Shown here piece after piece: positions 61,217-64,000 of a DNA stretch of 64,000 nt (the stretch's first letter is position 1; each line of letters starts with the position of its first letter). The notes beneath the pieces were generated by a model. That model saw only the letters and a program-made list of their open reading frames with translations, was not told where the DNA came from and did no database searches. The DNA is from Prorocentrum cordatum (lineage: Eukaryota): the NCBI GenBank assembly GCA_963575745.1, contig CAUYUJ010000325.1:558001-622000 (forward strand), written 5' to 3'. Both the position numbers and the translations under genes were made by a program.

Positions 61217-64000
61217 TTCGGCGGCGCCGTGCCGTCAGGCCAGTTCTGGCCCGCCTTGGGAGGTAGTCCTTGACGGAGTCGGCGGAGAACAGTCTGGCCA
61301 CTCGTAGTGATCTGCTCTCTGCACTTCGTCGCCAACAGAGATGCTCGTCCATGTCCACCGTCATTGTGTGAAGCCACTGCAGCGCAGTTCCAACACCAGA
61401 ACTGCCCATGAGCAACTGATATCGCATGGATGGGGTGAATCACCTTGTCGCTGATCTCTATCATCTCATTGTTTGGTACTCTTACGGCGTGTCCGTGATC
61501 AGCTCGGTGGGTCTCGTACTGTCGTCCGATGCATACATTCGCTTTCAGCCATTCCACTAAACTACACTCGCCAGGCGAGCACCAACACTCCTGGCATGTC
61601 CATTGTCCCTCTACCTTCCGCATGTTGTGGCCGGAAACGTTTTCTAATTGGCGGCGTTTCTCTCGTCGCTGGCGGATCAACTGGTTGGGCAGGTGCGGAG
61701 GTATGTCCAGTTTGGTCGGGTCAGGGCCCTTGCAGATCTCATGGATGATGGCCGCACCGCGTCGCTGAATACGCATCAGCAAGGTCTCGACCTCGTCTAA
61801 TTGCTTGATCTCATCACGCATGACCTTCATGGCCTCCTCAGCGCCACGTTGAGCTAGGGCATCTGCCATCTCAGTTCCCAGACTGACGTGGAAGGCTTGT
61901 TTGGACTGCTTGATTGATTCGTGATCAAGGTGAGACAAGCACTTAATGACACATACATATTCTGCTCTGTTCCGAGGCAGGTGCACTTTGCTCTCCGTCG
62001 ACCGTGCCGTAGAAGCCGATGTGGGGCGCATCGTCGATCTTGCCGTTGATGATGTCAGGCCCGTCGTTGGTGCTCAGGGCATGGGTAAGATAGTGTGGCG
62101 CCGTGTCTTCATTCACGTCTTCGCTGCCGTCATACGACTCAGGGAACTCCTGTTCGAAGGTATGAGCTCGGCCACGAAGTGGCTGGCGGAACTTCTCCTT
62201 GATCTCCGAGGCGCTGTCGAACCAGTGCTTGACGTACGCCTCCATTTCCCATCCATGGAGCGTGAGGTAATAGTCATACACACCCTTGCGTCTCTTCTTG
62301 GAAGTCCACCAGCTCATGTCACATAGGTCCTTTACAATGCTGCTGCTGCTCCTGGTCTGGTAGCGCGCCTTGAGAAACTGCAGTAGCCGTGCTGGTTCAG
62401 GTTGGCGCAAGAACTGCTGCATGCATGGCTCGCACCATAGCTTCCAGCTGTCATGGTTTCGACCTTCATTGTTGTCAATAGACACTGCCCACGTCGCTGC
62501 CCAAACACCTAAGTCGTTCATCACGTCCTTGTGCACCTGCTCCGTGCCCTCGTCCGTCGGGGTCTGTATCGCGCCGCCTGATTCCAACATGGCATACGAA
62601 GATCCAGTCTGGCACCACAGTCGCTCACGCCCTAGTTTATGCTGTGCATGTCCGTCGCATAGCTGAAGTGTTAGTCCCCATCAAACTCTGTTGATGCGCT
62701 TATCGCTGCTGCTTCCAGATCCGTCCACAAACGCAATAGAGCACCGTACTGGGTTGATGGTGGCGATCTCCTTTGCATAAACCGCGGGGCCCTCTGCGGT
62801 CGTGGTCCAATAGCATCCATCCCAAGATCCCCAAGCCAGTGGCGGTGGCACTGGGTTACGGTGCTGAGGGAGAAGTCCACGAAGCCAGAAGGCCTCCGCG
62901 CCAGGGTCGTTGTACATTTCTCCCAGCGCTCTTCTGCACAGGGGCTGAGATTTGACAACCGCCTCAATGCTGAGGCTGTCGTTCATCCCGCACTCGTATA
63001 GCCTGTGCGTGATTGTGTCCGCCGCTTTGGAACATCTTGGACAGTTGGCGTCGGTGCGATACACAGCATCTTTGCACCGTTGCCCAGTCCATATCACACC
63101 GCACGCAAGGGCTTCGAGCGCCCCTGCTTTTTGTACGCGGTCTGCTTTGCTGAGCTTCTGTAGGGTCCTCTTGAGCATGGTCGTGTCCATACCGTGCTGC
63201 ATACCTTTGGAGTAGTAGTGGCCCGCTGCCTTAAGCCAGAGCTGCGCCTCCATGTCTTGAGCGATGGTGCGCATGATGCCTTTAAAGTCCAGCTCGTCAT
63301 CGTCCTTGAACTTCCAAGTGCTGCCGCGTGGATATTCCTATACATCTGGCTGCGTCGAGTCCCATCCAAGCTGTTGGAATGGTACTATTAGCGCTCCCAT
63401 GGGTCCAGTGACCGAGTTCCACCGTCCACGTGGTCCCATAGCTTTGAATCTTTGGGGTACATGGTCCCACCCTTGTCGAAGTCGGCCGTGCGCTGGGGCT
63501 TCGCGTTGCCATGTATGTACCCGTTCTCGTACTTGGCGCTGTAGACAGGCTGCGGCGGTCTCGTTCTCCCCATAGAAGATCACGTTGATGGTGGAAATGC
63601 ATCTGCCTCCAGTACTGAAGCCGACCATATCAGCTGCTTGAGCTCGCGCATCACGAACTGCACTTGGACTGAGCCCTGAAATTGGTCAATCATAACTTTG
63701 CTTCGCTCTGAGGTTCGAGTTGAAAAGCATGGCTGTTCTGCGGCGCCAACGTCCCTTCTGCTTGCTGAAAAGCTTGCTCCGTTTAGCTCTTAGCTTGGCC
63801 TGCTTCGTCCTGGTCGTGCGCGTCGCTGTGACTCGGCGCCGTCCAAGCGCCGCATCAATGCTTAAGTCCTTTACGTATTTCGGTGTCTTGACCCCTATGC
63901 CGTTCTGCTTCATCTGCCTCACGATGTGCTTCTTGGTCTCGATGCTGTTCGTGAGGAGTGCCAACTTGCCTGAAACCGCCAGCTTACTCCAAGCATGCTT
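61215..64000 (-). mobile_element. Decayed non-LTR (LINE-like) retrotransposon: post-RT region, zinc finger, RNase H and Cys/His C-terminus; runs off the window
   Basis: VKDLSIDAALGRRR (post-RT), GPMGAL...LGW, CPRC-x8-H-x4-C, FWLRGLLP, RNase H FVDGSG (62725) ... RAE (61968) ... EMADALAQRGA (61863), WTCQEC, WCWNC and LRRLRQGLPP. Several frameshifts. Confidence 0.85.

Overview
Repeat-saturated, GC-rich eukaryotic DNA. GA-AG and GC-AG introns with AG|G junctions and the transposon families point to a dinoflagellate-type genome (inference). Most long ORFs in the track are artefacts of microsatellites or minisatellites. Real content: (1) a full-length but disabled Ty1/copia LTR retrotransposon (21001-30589) with LTRs, PBS and Gag-PR-IN-RT-RH, carrying an in-frame C5-cytosine-methyltransferase-like domain between protease and integrase and a transmembrane extension after RNase H; (2) a co-oriented minus-strand block (39.4-55.3 kb) of decayed, intron-containing genes (hAT-like DDE transposase, a second C5-methyltransferase, a long possibly ParB-like protein), bracketed by a ~43-bp inverted repeat pair (38151-38194 / 56162-56203) with a degenerate 8-bp flanking duplication, i.e. 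a candidate ~18-kb methyltransferase-carrying DNA transposon; (3) the 3' part of an RNase H-bearing LINE (61.2-64 kb, minus); (4) a decayed Ser/Thr kinase gene with a possible 2OG-Fe(II)-like C-terminal domain; (5) two exons of an apparently intact EF-hand host gene; (6) several MITE, introner-like and DINE-1/Helentron-like non-autonomous families plus satellites. All domain calls come from motif reading by eye, without database searches.
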